NCBI RefSeq assembly: GCF_001194135.2
Contig: NC_068984.1
Span: forward strand, 30,094,693 to 30,158,692
DNA from: Octopus bimaculoides
Lineage: Eukaryota
Direction of reading: 5' to 3'
DNA: 64,000 bases
The position numbers were made by a program, and so were the translations under genes. Positions 39,041 to 52,399 of this stretch are shown one piece after another. The stretch's first letter is position 1; each line of letters opens with the position of its first letter. Under the pieces are notes generated by a model. It saw only the letters and a program-made list of their open reading frames with translations. It did no database searches and was not told the origin of the DNA.

Positions 39041-40162
39041 TACTAAATTTACCATCATTATCTATTCTGAAAGATTACTGGGGCCTATCCGGGAAAATAA
39101 TGAAGACAAAAGAAAATAGCATGATGACCGGAATTAAATTATTTTAAAAATTGAATATTAAAGAAGTTACAAAGTAAACAAGATTTTTTTAGATATCTTG
39201 TGATGGTCTGTGCCAGCTGAAATTCAGCTTAATAATGATCACAAAACAGAATGAGTATATGTCTCGAACAAAAATATTTCTATGAAGATGGACTCAATAC
39301 GAAACGTCACAATTCTTCTTAAACTATCATAACATCCTCTATGTTGTAAGAACCAACTGCATAGAGTGTCAGGATAGAAAAGTTATAGAATGTTTTAAAA
39401 GAATAAATTATTAAAATCATAACGTGACCAAAAAACTATTAGCACGTTTGTCAATTCGCAAAATAAGTATTAAGGCAAATGCAATGAACAAAAGCCTCTA
39501 TAGCCTCTTGCTATAGCAACCAACTCTACGTATAACCACACCTTACAGTATAATAAACACAGGCCAAATTGTAATTCAGGAAACAGTGTCTGAACATAGG
39601 ATGAGACGACCATGGCTGGAAGGACTTTTATTAGTGCTATTTCTATAATATTCTTATCGAGTCTAAAAGTTAGACTTGTAGAAAATGCTTTCATATTTCT
39701 GAAGACTGCGTGCGTAAAATAAGGAACTCTGATTAATACTACTACTACTCAGTCAAGTGTCTTTTGCGGGTGATTCGAATCTTTTCCCAAAACATTTGCT
39801 TAACGCCTTGTAAAATATTGCTCTACGTTCAGTTAATCTAGGGTCAGTTCCCACAGATCTACTTTGCGTTTGATTAATGAAAAACTTCTAATAAAATATT
39901 AAGAGGGATTCAATTAACAAAACCGTAATTCTGCCTCAGCAAAAGATATATGCCTTATGTGAGTGAGGTCACACGTACTCGTAACTTAAAGTCTTCTGCT
40001 TTGATTCTCTTTGTATCCTTCATTCCTTCGTATTTGTAATTATTTCGATTATCGGTATTGAATTTTCTCCCCTATGTACTTCCGATATATCCTCAATTTT
40101 AAAAAAATGACTATCCTTATCCTTTTGTCATTTATCTGTCACTTGATTTTCTTATTAATTAC

Positions 40163-40266
40163 CTTTGAATGGATCGAATGACGGATCCCTGGTGAAATGT
40201 TTTGCGTTCTTATTTCATTATTGGCGTTATTGAGTTTTACACAAAGTACAGCTAACTTCCTGCCAT
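40163..40266 (-). CDS. Candidate exon E4 (x)GRKLAVLCVKLNNANNEIRTQNISPGIRHSIHSK
   Basis: Very long pyrimidine tract ttctctctattttttattcttttttgatttgtttactag|, donor AAG|GTAATT; 104 nt, only the phase 1->0 frame is open, matching the start of E5. Confidence 0.55.
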
Positions 40267-41877
40267 CTAGTAAACAAATCAAAAAAGAATAAAAAATAGA
40301 GAGAAAAGAACCATGAAGAAGGGTGTTAAACTAATTGAAAAATAACTGTTAGAGGTTTGTTTCAGCTAGAAATTCAATCGGCTCATTCACGAATAAGAAT
40401 ATAAATTTTGTAAAAGACAAAATTGTTTCTTCTAATCTACACTTAACAAAGTTCTATTAAATTTAGTAGCGTTCTTCCATCTTCCTGATTATTCGAAATG
40501 TAAACCAGTCTTATTTTCTACCGCCATCACATTTTGCAATGGCTATTCGGTAACATTATAAGCAGGACTCATCACTGCTTATAAATGTCAAATTCATTCG
40601 GGAGAAAAACCAGAATTAATGGGAATTAATGGGATGTATATGTAATTGCATTTAGAATGCAATATCATAATGCACAAGCTCTGCAAATTCAAAATCCTTT
40701 TCAGGTGTATGCAACATTTATTCACACCGGTCATGTATACTTCTATTTATTTTTGTTTATTTCTTTAATTTCAATTCATTTTCTTTCTTTCTTGAAAGAT
40801 AAGTATGTTATCCTAAATTGTCCTGGAAATATCTATTTAGGTCAATAGTCCTTTCCACCACCGCGACTGCTGAGAACAAAGCATCCACATTTCGTGTGTG
40901 AGAAATTCATAAATTCAACGTAGCGACCACGTTTTAAGACAATCCTATCACGTAACATGTATTCATATTAAAGAAACAAAACTCGTTGATAATGCATGCA
41001 TATACTTATCACACAACACGCTTTTGAAGCATCTTAACGCGAGAGTTATGCCAGTCCTCTCAAATTCATGTGGGAATCTCACTTCATCTAGGCGATAGTT
41101 GCTTTATGATACATGTCAGTTCGCTGGAACTTTCTATTGCTCAAAATCAGTTAGCGGTTTATGAGCACATAGTTGCACATGAATCATCTCTATGTTATCA
41201 AATACAATTATCATTGTTTTCGTATTATTATTATTATTCAAACAGCCATCTATGCTAAATGTTTCAAGGCTTAATAGTCTCATAAACACAGACATTCGCA
41301 TGAATTGTTGAATCACGTAGCTGGATGCACTTTATATTACAAAATTCCCCAGCTGAAAATGGTGTGGAAATTATGACTTAATAAATTCTGTATACTGCAA
41401 CATATTTAGCACCTTAATCCATCCCAGAGACCCTCAATAGGTTCAGATACACAGATTGCATTCAATGTTTTGCATATATTTATACATTCATGTGTTTATA
41501 CTAATGTATGCATAATAAGCGCAAATGGAACGTGTACGTGTATGTGTCCTTGTAACTGCCTCGACTTTTGTGCATACTTGTAATGAAAAGTTCATGGACA
41601 TTCAGGATTTTTTGTTTTACTTAGAATTTTGCTTGCTTTTTAGTAAATCTCGCATCTATCCTCTCCTTTCCCCCTCTCTTAATCTAAAATCAAAACTACA
41701 GTTTTTCATGTGTCTTTTAAATTTACATCCGCTTCAATCGCAAGCTAGAATTGTGATTCTAGGCCATAAAACATGTTTAAGGGATTATTAGTTGTAGTAG
41801 TGTTGTGTGTGATGGACAATTTTTTGATATATTTAAATAATACAGGAAAAGGAAAATCTTATGAACTTTGCGTGCAA

Positions 41878-42074
41878 GGTGGGAATGGCAGAATCGTTAC
41901 TGCACCGGGCAAATGCTTAGCAGCATTTCTTACGGCCTGAGCTCAAATGTTACCGGAGCCAACATTGCCTTTCATCCTTTCAGAGACCCTAAAATAAGTA
42001 GCAATTGAATAGCAATTGAATCGATATAATCGACTTGTCCGCTCACACTAAATTACTAGCATTGTACCAATATT
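41878..42074 (+). mobile_element. SINE family A
   Basis: tggcagaatcgttactgcaccgggcaaatgcttagc...ttgcctttcatcctttcag...aaaataagtagc...aatcgactt. Confidence 0.85.
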
Positions 42075-42085
42075 ACGAGCGTGCA

Positions 42086-42087
<2 letters not shown>

Positions 42088-42140
<53 letters not shown>
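42088..42140. repeat. (TG)n microsatellite
   Basis: Seen directly. Confidence 0.95.
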
Positions 42141-42143
<3 letters not shown>

Positions 42144-43399
42144 TGCGCACGCATGTATATGCAAAGATGTATCTGTGAACGAATTTCTATTGCTAGAAAA
42201 TATATTTCTAGTTACTAAACCTCTGAGACGATAATTTGGAAGACATTTCTATTTAATAGAGAATAATAAATAACTAAATGAATAAAATAGCATTTCTGTG
42301 TAGAATTAAATTTAGTTATCAATCTTCAATTATCCAAAACCTATCAATTCATTTATGAATATATTATAATTGTCTATTCTTGTTTCTGCTTATAACGTGT
42401 AAATTTAGGAGTGAAGACAATTCAAAGAGGAGGTTACTTGAAGAGTCAACGGAGTTTGTAGGTCGGATTGAATCGAACAAACTGAATTTTCACTTATAAA
42501 ATCTATATAAATAATTATGTATCAGATTATGACACATCTGTGAGTTGGCTTTAAAAATAGAGAGGTGAATAAACATCTAAATATGTTTGACTATTGCTGC
42601 AAGTACTATATTTTATGGATTTCCTTAATAACATTTTCTACTGTCATACAAATCCTTTAATCTTTTTTCATGGAAATATTGATTTCATAAATAACTGAGA
42701 AGGTAAAATTTTCTGAATATCGAGTGCAGCTCATTCTGAGAAACTCAGAATACTGCTAGTACACTTGTTTTACCGACCAGAGATAAAGGAATGATGAGAG
42801 TTAAGACTGACAACACTGTATTTAAATAAAAATGAAACAGTTTGTAATTAAATACTGTGAAACATTTCCTTTGACACACGGTCTTCTGTCTCAGATATCA
42901 CCATCTGTCATATAGATATTAAATATAGATGTTTTTGACATATGATTTCTTGTTTATATGACTTATGTAAGACTTAATTGTTTCGGAGGAAGTCGTTACA
43001 ACTATGGTCTTCTGGTTACAACTATGATCACACATTCTGAGACCAATGAAATTGTTGTACTTAACATCTTTCATCAATACTTGTAAGTCAACGTCCTCGG
43101 GAAAATGTAAGGTAGAGGATTTCAGAAGACTAGAATTCTGTGAAAAAAAGGAATTAGTATAGTGCGTAGTTCACTATATCAAGAAGTCATTTTTTAACAG
43201 GATGAAAGTCTTAGGGCAAGATGTATAGAAGTGGATATTTTATGAGCTGACTACAGGAGGAAAGCCAATGAATTTAGGATACCAGAATGTAGGTGGCACC
43301 CCAGAAGCCAGTTCAGATAGAAGCAATTGCGATGGCATTGGAAAAGGTAGAGATAATGCAAAAGTTTCAGTTTGATAAGCAAGCGACTTTATACCAATT

Positions 43400-43720
43400 A
43401 CTCAAGCAGTCAATCAGTCAAGATCTGTCTGTGTAGTAGCAATACCGTCCCAGATGTAGAAACAGTACGCTATCATGAGCTCTAATTTAGTCTTGTAGAG
43501 AATTAATATTTTCTAGCACAGAAGAAGTCCAATATTTGAGATGTAGTTTTAGTAATGCTGAGAGATGGGATAAAGAGGAGAAGAGAGAGTTTTATGCGTT
43601 GGATGGGAATATTGCTTAGCTCTGGAGGAGATTGAGGGTAATGAAAAGGACTTTGTCGGGTCAAATGTATAAGTTCGTTCGTTCGGAGTCAAACATGAAA
43701 AGGAATGCGGCGATGAATAG
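43400..43720 (+). mobile_element. Possible RTE-type LINE endonuclease relic
   Basis: DKEEKREFYALD resembles the EEEKEEFY..L motif of RTE endonucleases; weak. Confidence 0.3.
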
Positions 43721-44303
43721 CCAGTGAGTTTATATTTATTTTCTTAAATTCTAGTGAAGTGTAGAGAGGTTCGGTGCAACACCAACTATCCGAAGCCTGA
43801 TCTCAATTAGTACAACAGAGCGAATTCTGGATGTAGTGTTAAACCAGGTGGCGGGATATCTCTGCGGTTCAAGTTTTATTGCTTTAAAGATGTACACGTT
43901 TTAAGATGTACAAAGAGCGCGCATATTGCGCTAATGAATTTATTATTTATATCATATAAATGTACATGTATTTAATTCATCTTAATTACATAGTATCACA
44001 TACTAACAGATTAACTTAGTAAATATAGACGCACTTCAGCATTACACTCGTATATTTTTTTTTATATAAGTTCAAATACGTATGGGTATGCACATAAATT
44101 TTGCCACACATTACACCAACAATTTTTAGCTGTGGCCATGCTAATTTATACACAAAACTTAAGCACATATGCACGGTAGCAACATGTACTTATGAATATT
44201 GTATCTACTCGAATGTATATGTGTGTAAAATACTTTCACCTATTAAAAAATATATTATCGGTGTATGGTATTGAGTATGTGCATACATACATACACACAT
44301 ACA

Positions 44304-44334
<31 letters not shown>

Positions 44335-44354
44335 TTTGTCTGATAACCTACAAC

Positions 44355-44720
44355 ACATGCCCAAAGAAGTCGCACGACTCTACCGCAGCATGAAAGGACG
44401 AGCCTATATGAGTATATATAACATCGGTCATCAAAGTAGCTTATCATGGACCAATAGCCGGATTAGTACCTCCCACTTTGAAGGGTATGCGTTTGCAATC
44501 CAGGAACATAATCTACAAAAAGGATAGAGATACTGGGAAAGCCGCAAAATGTGACAACCAATGCAGACATTGTGGAGTTCACACTGAAGATATCACCCAC
44601 ATCATAAGCAGTTATCCGAAAATGTCATCACGCTATTATCTACTGATGAGACACGACGTTGTAGCTAGGATACTCTATAATGAAATCTGTCGGAAGGATA
44701 ACTCCGAGGACAAACAATAT
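44355..44720 (+). mobile_element. R4/Dong-like (RLE-type) non-LTR retrotransposon C-terminal fragment
   Basis: FEGYAFAIQE then, after a frameshift, CRHCGVHTEDITHIISSYPKMSSRYYLLMRHDVVARILYNEIC: a CCHC-type knuckle followed by the RHD motif. Confidence 0.75.
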
Positions 44721-44849
44721 AGGTATGTATATATGTATACGATACACAAAAGCATATTATTCTTCAAGGTCATACCGGAAGCAATGAAAAAATTGGTATA
44801 GCCTTTTCTTTATCATCTTGACATATATCGTTGAAATTGCACTTGTTAA

Positions 44850-45913
44850 TGGATTAAGTCTTCCTCTATACAGCGATATTACCCAACAAAGTTTCCATTA
44901 TAAGCAACATATTTGTATCACCGCTGAAACCAACTCTTGAATTGTCTTTGAAAAATTTCAGGTGTGCACTGCTGTGCCCACTTCTTTTCAGCTACTTCCA
45001 AAACGTCTATTAACAAAATGTTGTACCAGAAGATACCTTTTTATTGGACCGAGTAGGTGGAAGTCGAATAGTAGCATACCCGGCGACTTCTACTTTTCGA
45101 ATCATTTATAGATTCGTCTTCGCTCCATTCCTCCTAGTAGTTTTTCTAAACATTTTGTGTACCCCGATGTACCAATCATTGTGACACAGCTACGTATCAT
45201 TAAATCAAGTAGACTGACGCCATGTCATTCCTAAAAAAATAGCCACCATGATACCCAGGGTCGATTATAGTTCTTTAAGTTCTTATGCCTTCGTAAAATG
45301 GGACGCCATTTTTCAATGGACTGAAACCGTTTCCAGATCATACACGTATATCCAGTTTATTTCCTTGTCATCAGATCGGAAAAAAATGTGTCTTCATTAA
45401 CGTCATGCTTCATTGATTTCCATACTACCTTGTTTAAAATCGGGTGTCAACTGCAGAGATATCTACTTCGCATACACTGCCTTATACCCAAAGTCTTACC
45501 CCTTCTTCTATATTACAGTCCAGTTGTGCAGCAAGCATACGGATTATGACTCGAATACCCGCGCTAAAAAAGTCATTCATGATTCGTATTAGTAGAGGTT
45601 GATAGTCTCCTGTAGCTTGGTTTGTGTTCAATGTTGATAGTCTCCTGTAGCTTGATTTGTGTTCAATGTTGATTTCCTCTTTGTTAAACTTCATCATTCT
45701 GTCCACATTGCTTTTTCAACTGTGTCATGTTTGCAAACTACCAGTAATCCAATGTGGATGTCGGACAGTATGCGCCTTCTTTTTCATCAAGAAGTCAATG
45801 ATAGCACTTTGCTTCTGCTTCGGTCCCATTATTTTCCTGCATGAATAAGAACAAGAAGAGCAGTTATTATAGAAGAAGAATTACTCAAACAATATATGAA
45901 TTTGAACGACGTA
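44850..45913 (-). mobile_element. Mariner (Mos1-like) transposon, decayed
   Basis: MGPKQKQSAIIDFL...KSNVDRMMKF...; WIYVYDLET; SPGMLLFDFHLLGPIK...IQELVS; contains a 35-bp tandem duplication. Confidence 0.75.
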
Positions 45914-46331
45914 TTTCAATTTACAACAAGTTTTGCCTACTTAAGCATTACTTTCGAGATAATCATTGTGCAATAATATGTGTAAATGTATGTGTATATA
46001 TATGTATATGATGCGTAATTATATGTAAGCACATATATGCATACATATATATAAATATATACATATATGTATGTACATATATGGATAAATATGCATGTTG
46101 TACGTACATAAATACATACATATATATATATATATATATANNNNNNNNNNNNNNNNNNNNNNNNNNNNNNNNNNNNNNNNNNNNNNNNNNNNNNNNNNNN
46201 NNNNNNNNNNNNNNNNNNNNNNNNNNNNNNNNNNNNNNNNNNNNNNNNNNNNNNNNNNNNNNNNNNNNNNNNNNNNNNNNNNNNNNNNNNNNNNNNNNNN
46301 NNNNNNNNNNNNNNNNNNNNNNNNNNNNNNN

Positions 46332-46398
<67 letters not shown>

Positions 46399-46422
46399 AC
46401 GTATATACGTATGTATGCATAC

Positions 46423-46501
46423 CTGCTGTTACACATATCCCCAATGCTACACAGGTTTTTGTGAATATTGTATTAACAATGGTTTCAACCGCATTAGGCC
46501 C
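46423..46501 (-). CDS. Weak candidate exon E3 GPNAVETIVNTIFTKTCVALGICVTA
   Basis: Strong donor CAG|GTATGC; phase 0->1 bridges E2 and E4, but it needs a poor AAG acceptor. Confidence 0.2.
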
Positions 46502-47545
46502 CTTATCATATCAATAACCAACGTATCCATGAAATTAATTTGTGCTCTCTAACCTAGTTACAGACACCAAACAGCCTTCTTCTTTCATTCATGTACACTA
46601 ACATACGGGTAGTTTAGCATTTAAATGCAATTACTTATTTTGTTCCAGCTGGATGGCTTTAAATCCCCGAAATTGTAATGTAATTATTCAATAATGGGTA
46701 GGAAACTCAATTATCATATGTTACACTTGATCAGCATCCTCAGAGATGGCAACTACCTCAAGTACCGTTACTTAGATGAGTTTATTCATTTGCTTTTACA
46801 TATTCCAACAAAAAGTATTAGTCCCGTAGCATTTTTTTTTTCTTAGGATTACGTGTGAGAAAATAATGAATAAAACAAAATTACTCTTGCACTGATTTTG
46901 AGTTTATTTAGAAAGCATTTAATTTGTATGCTGCAGTAGTAATATGATCGAGGTCGGCCTTGTCGTTGTCGTCGTCAACATCGTCATCATCCGAAGCAAC
47001 AGTAGTAGATGTAGCTGCAAAAGAAGTAACGATGTTTCATTTTCTTATAACGTATATTTTTAGCGTTCTTCAGGAGAAATGTTAACTTGTTTTACAAGCG
47101 AAATGGTGAAATGCAAGTTTGGCGAAGATCATGGCTGGAGGACATAGGAAATTAAATTGAAATATACAACATTGACATTTCTCTTTTCTTCTGTTAGAAA
47201 TCATGGTTTTATGAATGGAATTATTATTTGTGTCAAATAAATTATCAGTCAAGTATTGGAGTAGATATAATAGCGAAAACTCGTCTACAGCGATTTATGT
47301 TGTTAGACAGAGAACTCGATGATGATGTTAGGAGTCTGGTTCAGTTCAGACCGCCAGTTGTATAGGGAGTGGGAAGAGCCGTGAGAAGGGTGATCAATCT
47401 CATTTAGAAACGAGCTGGGAAGAAGTTGTGCACTGCGACCCGACGCTCGTTCTTTATCCCTAGAAACATATGATGGGACTAGACTGCATTCTTTTCTACT
47501 TTCTATGGGCGATCATCATCCCGCTGCCAATATCCACTCTCTTGT

Positions 47546-47713
47546 GTATTTCGTCTGTCTTTACGTTCTGAGTTCAAATTCCGCCGAGGTCGACTTTGCC
47601 CTTCATGCTTTCGGATGTGGTCGATCTAATCCTTTCGTACTGGGGTCGATCTAATCAACTGGCCCCACTACCCCCAAAAGCTCGGGCTTTGCGCCTAGAG
47701 TAGAAAAGAATAT
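47546..47713 (+). mobile_element. SINE family A, young, 5'-truncated, small internal duplication
   Basis: atttcgtctgtctttacgttctgagttcaaattccgccgaggtcgactttgcc...ggtcgatctaatc twice...cctagagtagaaaagaat. Confidence 0.92.
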
Positions 47714-47719
47714 CCACTC

Positions 47720-48130
47720 TATGGTGATTTCGGGATGTTGTCTCTGATGAAGTGCAGGTACTATTTGATACAGAAATATCTGTACTTCTGAACTGGTGCT
47801 GATGAAGACGAGAACAAGGGGATGAGATGTAGGCGTCTTTTGTACCATACGTCTTTCTGCAGCTTGTCTCAAACGAAGACAGAAGTTGGGCGTTTGGTAT
47901 CTAAAATATTAGTCAAATCTGTAGGCTTTGAATGAGTTAGTTGAGAGTATGAGCTACGAAGGCCAATGTGTCATGACTAGGTGATGACGAGAACAGTATG
48001 AGAAGTCGAGACAACTTTAAAATCGGGGACTATAGACAACTTCCAAAAGTCCTTGACAATGTAGTGTTACAGGCTAAAGAGGATGAGTGGTGGTCAAGAC
48101 TGAATGTACAATCGTAAGATCCCTACCTCT
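47720..48130 (-). mobile_element. CR1/L2-type LINE endonuclease relic
   Basis: VVYSP and MVQKTPTSHPLVLVFIS resemble the VYRSP and QLV..PT....LDLVFT motifs. Confidence 0.4.
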
Positions 48131-49812
48131 TCAGACAAGCCCTCATCGACTATTTCAAGTTCTAGGGTTTATGAAATGAAGTACAAATTAAGTATTGTGT
48201 TCAATATAATCAGCTGTTGCTTCAACAAAAATATGAGGATATGTGCCTATATTAGTTATTGGTGCTTAGTTTAGTTCTTACGTTTCAAATCTCGACAGTA
48301 AAATCTGGTTAATAGTGTAATAAAAGTAACAAGAAAATAACATTTAAAGATTTATATAAGCATTCGTAACAAAATGCAGCTTTTGGACATCGTAAGAAAC
48401 CTTCATTCCTACTATAGATTACTTTTAAAAAGCCAACAATGTCAATTTGTTTACTAGACAATATACCTACACCACTTTAACTTGTTGCATGAATGTTGAT
48501 GGCATGAAAGATATTATTTCCGACTACAAGTTTTGTCAGTTAGTCAGATTTAAACATTTCTTTGACTTTTCATTTTCTGATGCTTCAATGATAGTGATGT
48601 TAACAATAGATTCATCAGCCATTATTTAAAGTCTTCAACTAAAAGAGTTGCATTGTGCCTTAACAGCATCTTTAAGCAAATTTCAAACTGTAGTAATTTC
48701 CCTTAAGTTATGCAATCAATATCGTTTCAAAAGGCATGAACAATTCATAATCCCATTTCCTCCCACAGTAAATAATAAGAGCTTGTGTGTATATACAGGA
48801 AATTAATGTATATATTCAGACAATCACTTTTACAGTTGTTTTGTATAGCGTTAGTCATGTCAAGCAGACATGTGGTACAGGGAAACTTCAACAACGATTT
48901 AATGATAATATATAATATAAAAGTGATAATCAAGATCAAACCTTGAATCTAGACAAGGAGGAAATCTAGACGTCATATATACTATAAAACGTTTCCTTTC
49001 GCCCAGTCAAGATCGATAAATTTTACCGTAATAGGATTCATGATTGTAAACTTGTCTTGATCAGTAATGTTTTGTAGAATAGAATGGACTACAAGTCACA
49101 TCAAGAGCGTAAAATGTGATGGAAACTAATTGATTAATTAACTCCTAGAGTGACCGACTGAGGACATATTGAGACAGAGAACAATAGATTTTAGAACATG
49201 TGTTTCAAACGTTTAACATCGGAGAGTTTAGCATCGGAAGTGATGTGGCTACTACTATTTCCATAGAAATTCCTTCTGTTTCTTCTTTGAATTGATAGCA
49301 TTTTTATCCAAGTAGTAAGCTGTTACTTTGTTATAACTTATGATTAATTTAGCAGTTATCTAGTGGTGGAGGAGAGAAGACACCAGTGATCTTTGTAACT
49401 TTGCTCTGTATGATGAGTTAAATTCAGTCGCAGTTAATTTCGGACATTTATATTTGGAATTCCATAGACAACAGTGAGGGTTAGTGTTTCTGGGGAACTG
49501 GCATTGAACGATGGGTGGGATTTAAAGGGATGAGACACATATATAAAACAAAGAGCATCATGAGCATTGTGTTGGTCGTTTTTCTACAAAGGTTCTATTT
49601 ATCTTGCTACTTCTCAGAAGAGATTCTTGTAGTCATGGTAGAAGAGTGAGAATGAGAGAGAGACTGTGTGAGAAAGAGAGTATGTGTGTGTGTGTGTGTG
49701 TGTGTGTGTNNNNNNNNNNNNNNNNNNNNNNNNNNNNNNNNNNNNNNNNNNNNNNNNNNNNNNNNNNNNNNNNNNNNNNNNNNNNNNNNNNNNNNNNNNN
49801 NNNNNNNNNNNN

Positions 49813-49862
<50 letters not shown>

Positions 49863-49961
49863 AAATAAGCTCTGTGGCCTCATGGTTAAAATATGGTGGG
49901 AATTACTTTCAATAAACCATAAATGGCTTTCTTTTGGATGTGTAGCAACAATATCATAGAC

Positions 49962-50172
49962 GTGGAGCTGGCAGAAAAGTTAGTACGCCGGACTAAATTC
50001 TTAGCGGTATTTTGTCTGTCTTTGCGTTCTGAGTTCAAATTTCGCCGAGGCCGACTTTGCCTTTTCTCTTTTCGAGGTCGATTATTAAGTACCAGTTGCG
50101 TACTGGGTTGATCTAATCGACTGCCCCCCTCCCCCAAAATGTCGGGCATTGCATCTAGAGTAGAAATGAATA
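49962..50172 (+). mobile_element. SINE family A, near full-length
   Basis: gagctggcagaa...ttgcgttctgagttcaaatttcgccgagg...taagtaccagttgcgtactgggttgatctaatcgact...ctagagtagaaa. Confidence 0.93.
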
Positions 50173-50904
50173 CCATGTATGACTGTAATGCGTGTTACAT
50201 TTTGAGAGTAAAATAAAAGCTTAGTCATTTGATTCTTCACGAAAATGTGATTTAAATCATTGTAAGGTTTAGTCTCGGAGTAGTTACAGCAATAAATGAT
50301 AGCATGTTTTTTTTTTCATCTAAGAGTTTTTTATCTCCGTATTTAACATATTGATAATTATGACTGCATCTACTTCCAGAATCAGCTTTAAAATGATTTC
50401 TCAGAGATTATGCTGTCCAGTATTTGTTAACCTGATGTTCTACAAGGTTATTTTCTTAACACATCTGTCTTTGGCTGTTGAAGAATACTAGAATGCCAGA
50501 TTTATATTTCCTAGCGAGTATATGTTCGATGTCTTAGTTCATAGAAGTAAGCCAAATTTTGTTCGATGTCACACACACATACACAGACACACACGCGCAC
50601 ATATTGAAAATTTTATATGTACATATATTACATTTGTAAGCAAAGACTTCGTTGGACATTTCAGTTCAACTTCCGTTCACGAGTTACTAACTTGATTTCC
50701 CGCACTTTTTAAAATTCCTATTATATATTATTTTACATAATTTATCATCGGAATTTTAAGATTTGATGACAAAAAAAATGTAGAACGTCATTAAAAAATA
50801 GTTTCCTTGCAAGTTTATAGCTTTGTGACAACATGAGGAAATATTATGAGGGACAATTTGACACAAGCGGGGAGAAACAAGACATGCTAGTATATGATAT
50901 ATAA

Positions 50905-51106
50905 CCCTTTTTATCATAGGCACAAGGTCCGAAGTTTTGAGGGAGGGGACTAGTCGATTACATCGGCCCAGAATTTCACTGGTTCTTAATTTATCGACTC
51001 CGAAAGGATGAAAGGCAAAGTCGACCTCGGCGGAATTTGAATTCAGAACGCAGCGACGGGCGAAATACCACTATGCATTTCGCCCAGCGTGCTAGCCACT
51101 CTGCCG
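50905..51106 (-). mobile_element. SINE family A
   Basis: aggcacaagg...atcgactccgaaaggatgaaaggcaaagtcgacctcggcggaatttgaattcagaacg...gcatttcgcccagcgtgcta. Confidence 0.92.
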
Positions 51107-51431
51107 GAACATGGTACAGCGCATTTATGAGATCAATTGTCACAATCTCCATTCTTCTTGAGTCAAATAAATACCATGTCAGTCGATATCATTCTGTCGA
51201 CTATAGTACTGTTCAAAGAATCATATTAACGGAAGAAAAAGTAGTTCTTAATGGTGATGAAGATGGTTGATTGTCAAAATCATTTAGCCCGGCTAAAGAT
51301 CTTACAGTATTTAGTTAAGGATTTTAAAAGTCTTAGTTCAAATCTTACTGAGGTCAACTTCAATTTTTATCCTTCTGGTCAATAAAATACTGTTCCAAGT
51401 TTACCAGTCTTCCTCAATAGCTGTAGGCTTA

Positions 51432-51476
<45 letters not shown>

Positions 51477-52399
51477 ATATATATCTTTGTAGAGAATCAA
51501 TATTAAACCAAGTAATTTTGTTTACACCAAACAGCACCAACTTACTTTAACGTATTAAGTCTTCTATCTCGACCTTTCTCTTACAGCCCGACATTTGTGA
51601 CCGTTGAGGCATGAAGAAATCATTATATTAGGACCATAGAAGTAAATTTATTGATTATGTTTTGATTGCATTCTTTTTAATAGCAACTAATTATAGCCTA
51701 CGATTCACTGTTTCCCTATTATGCCGTAGTCATTTTCTCATTCAACTTATTAATGCTCAATATTTATTAAACAGAATTATTCGTATATAAATTCCTATGG
51801 CAATCCGTATTATGCCTTGACTTTCAATCGGCTGCTGTTCACACGAAATCCTAGATATACTCATTGTGCAGCGAGTACTGTAGAATGAAAGAAACCACAA
51901 ACTTATAACACGGACCAGTTTGGTTCTGCAAGTGATACTACCCTTTTGCTACCGTCATTTGCGCGGTTCAAGAAGGAAAGAACGCATAGATTTCCACTCC
52001 TTTCCCTTTAGATGTTTATAGCTTTATGCCTGTAGAACTAAAAATTAATATTGATTTTGTGATCGAACATTAATTCAACTACTCAAAATTAAATAAATCT
52101 GGTATGCTATCAGAATCTATTAAAGATAAAAATATTTTTACATTTTCTTTATTTTCTGGAAACTTCGTTAAGCTACAACGGAAAATAAACAAGCAACCAA
52201 AAGCATTAAACATTATTAATCACAGATATGTTTGTCTGATCAAGGAGAAATACTGTATTAGTGAATCACAATCCAATTATTGAATAATTCTATTTGCATT
52301 GTATGTATAAGCTCGATATTTCCGATTCTAACTATTGTTTTGCGAAGGTTATTTTTTTCATGGTGACGCATTTGATGTAGCAAATATTTCTTTACATAC

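Noticed and set aside
40197-40292. Plus-strand 31-aa ORF resembling a signal peptide (MFCVLISLLALLSFTQSTANFLPSSKQIKKE*)
   Set aside because: It is antisense to exon E4, whose A-rich codons give hydrophobic residues on the other strand. The minus-strand splice signals are much stronger than any plus-strand donor here.
41265-41352. Minus-strand GEFCNIKC, EGF-like fragment
   Set aside because: The frame closes soon after, there is no good donor, and the Cys pattern is incomplete.
41521-41583. Plus-strand Cys-rich peptide NGTCTCMCPCNCLDFC
   Set aside because: Arises from TG-rich low-complexity DNA; no acceptor; short.
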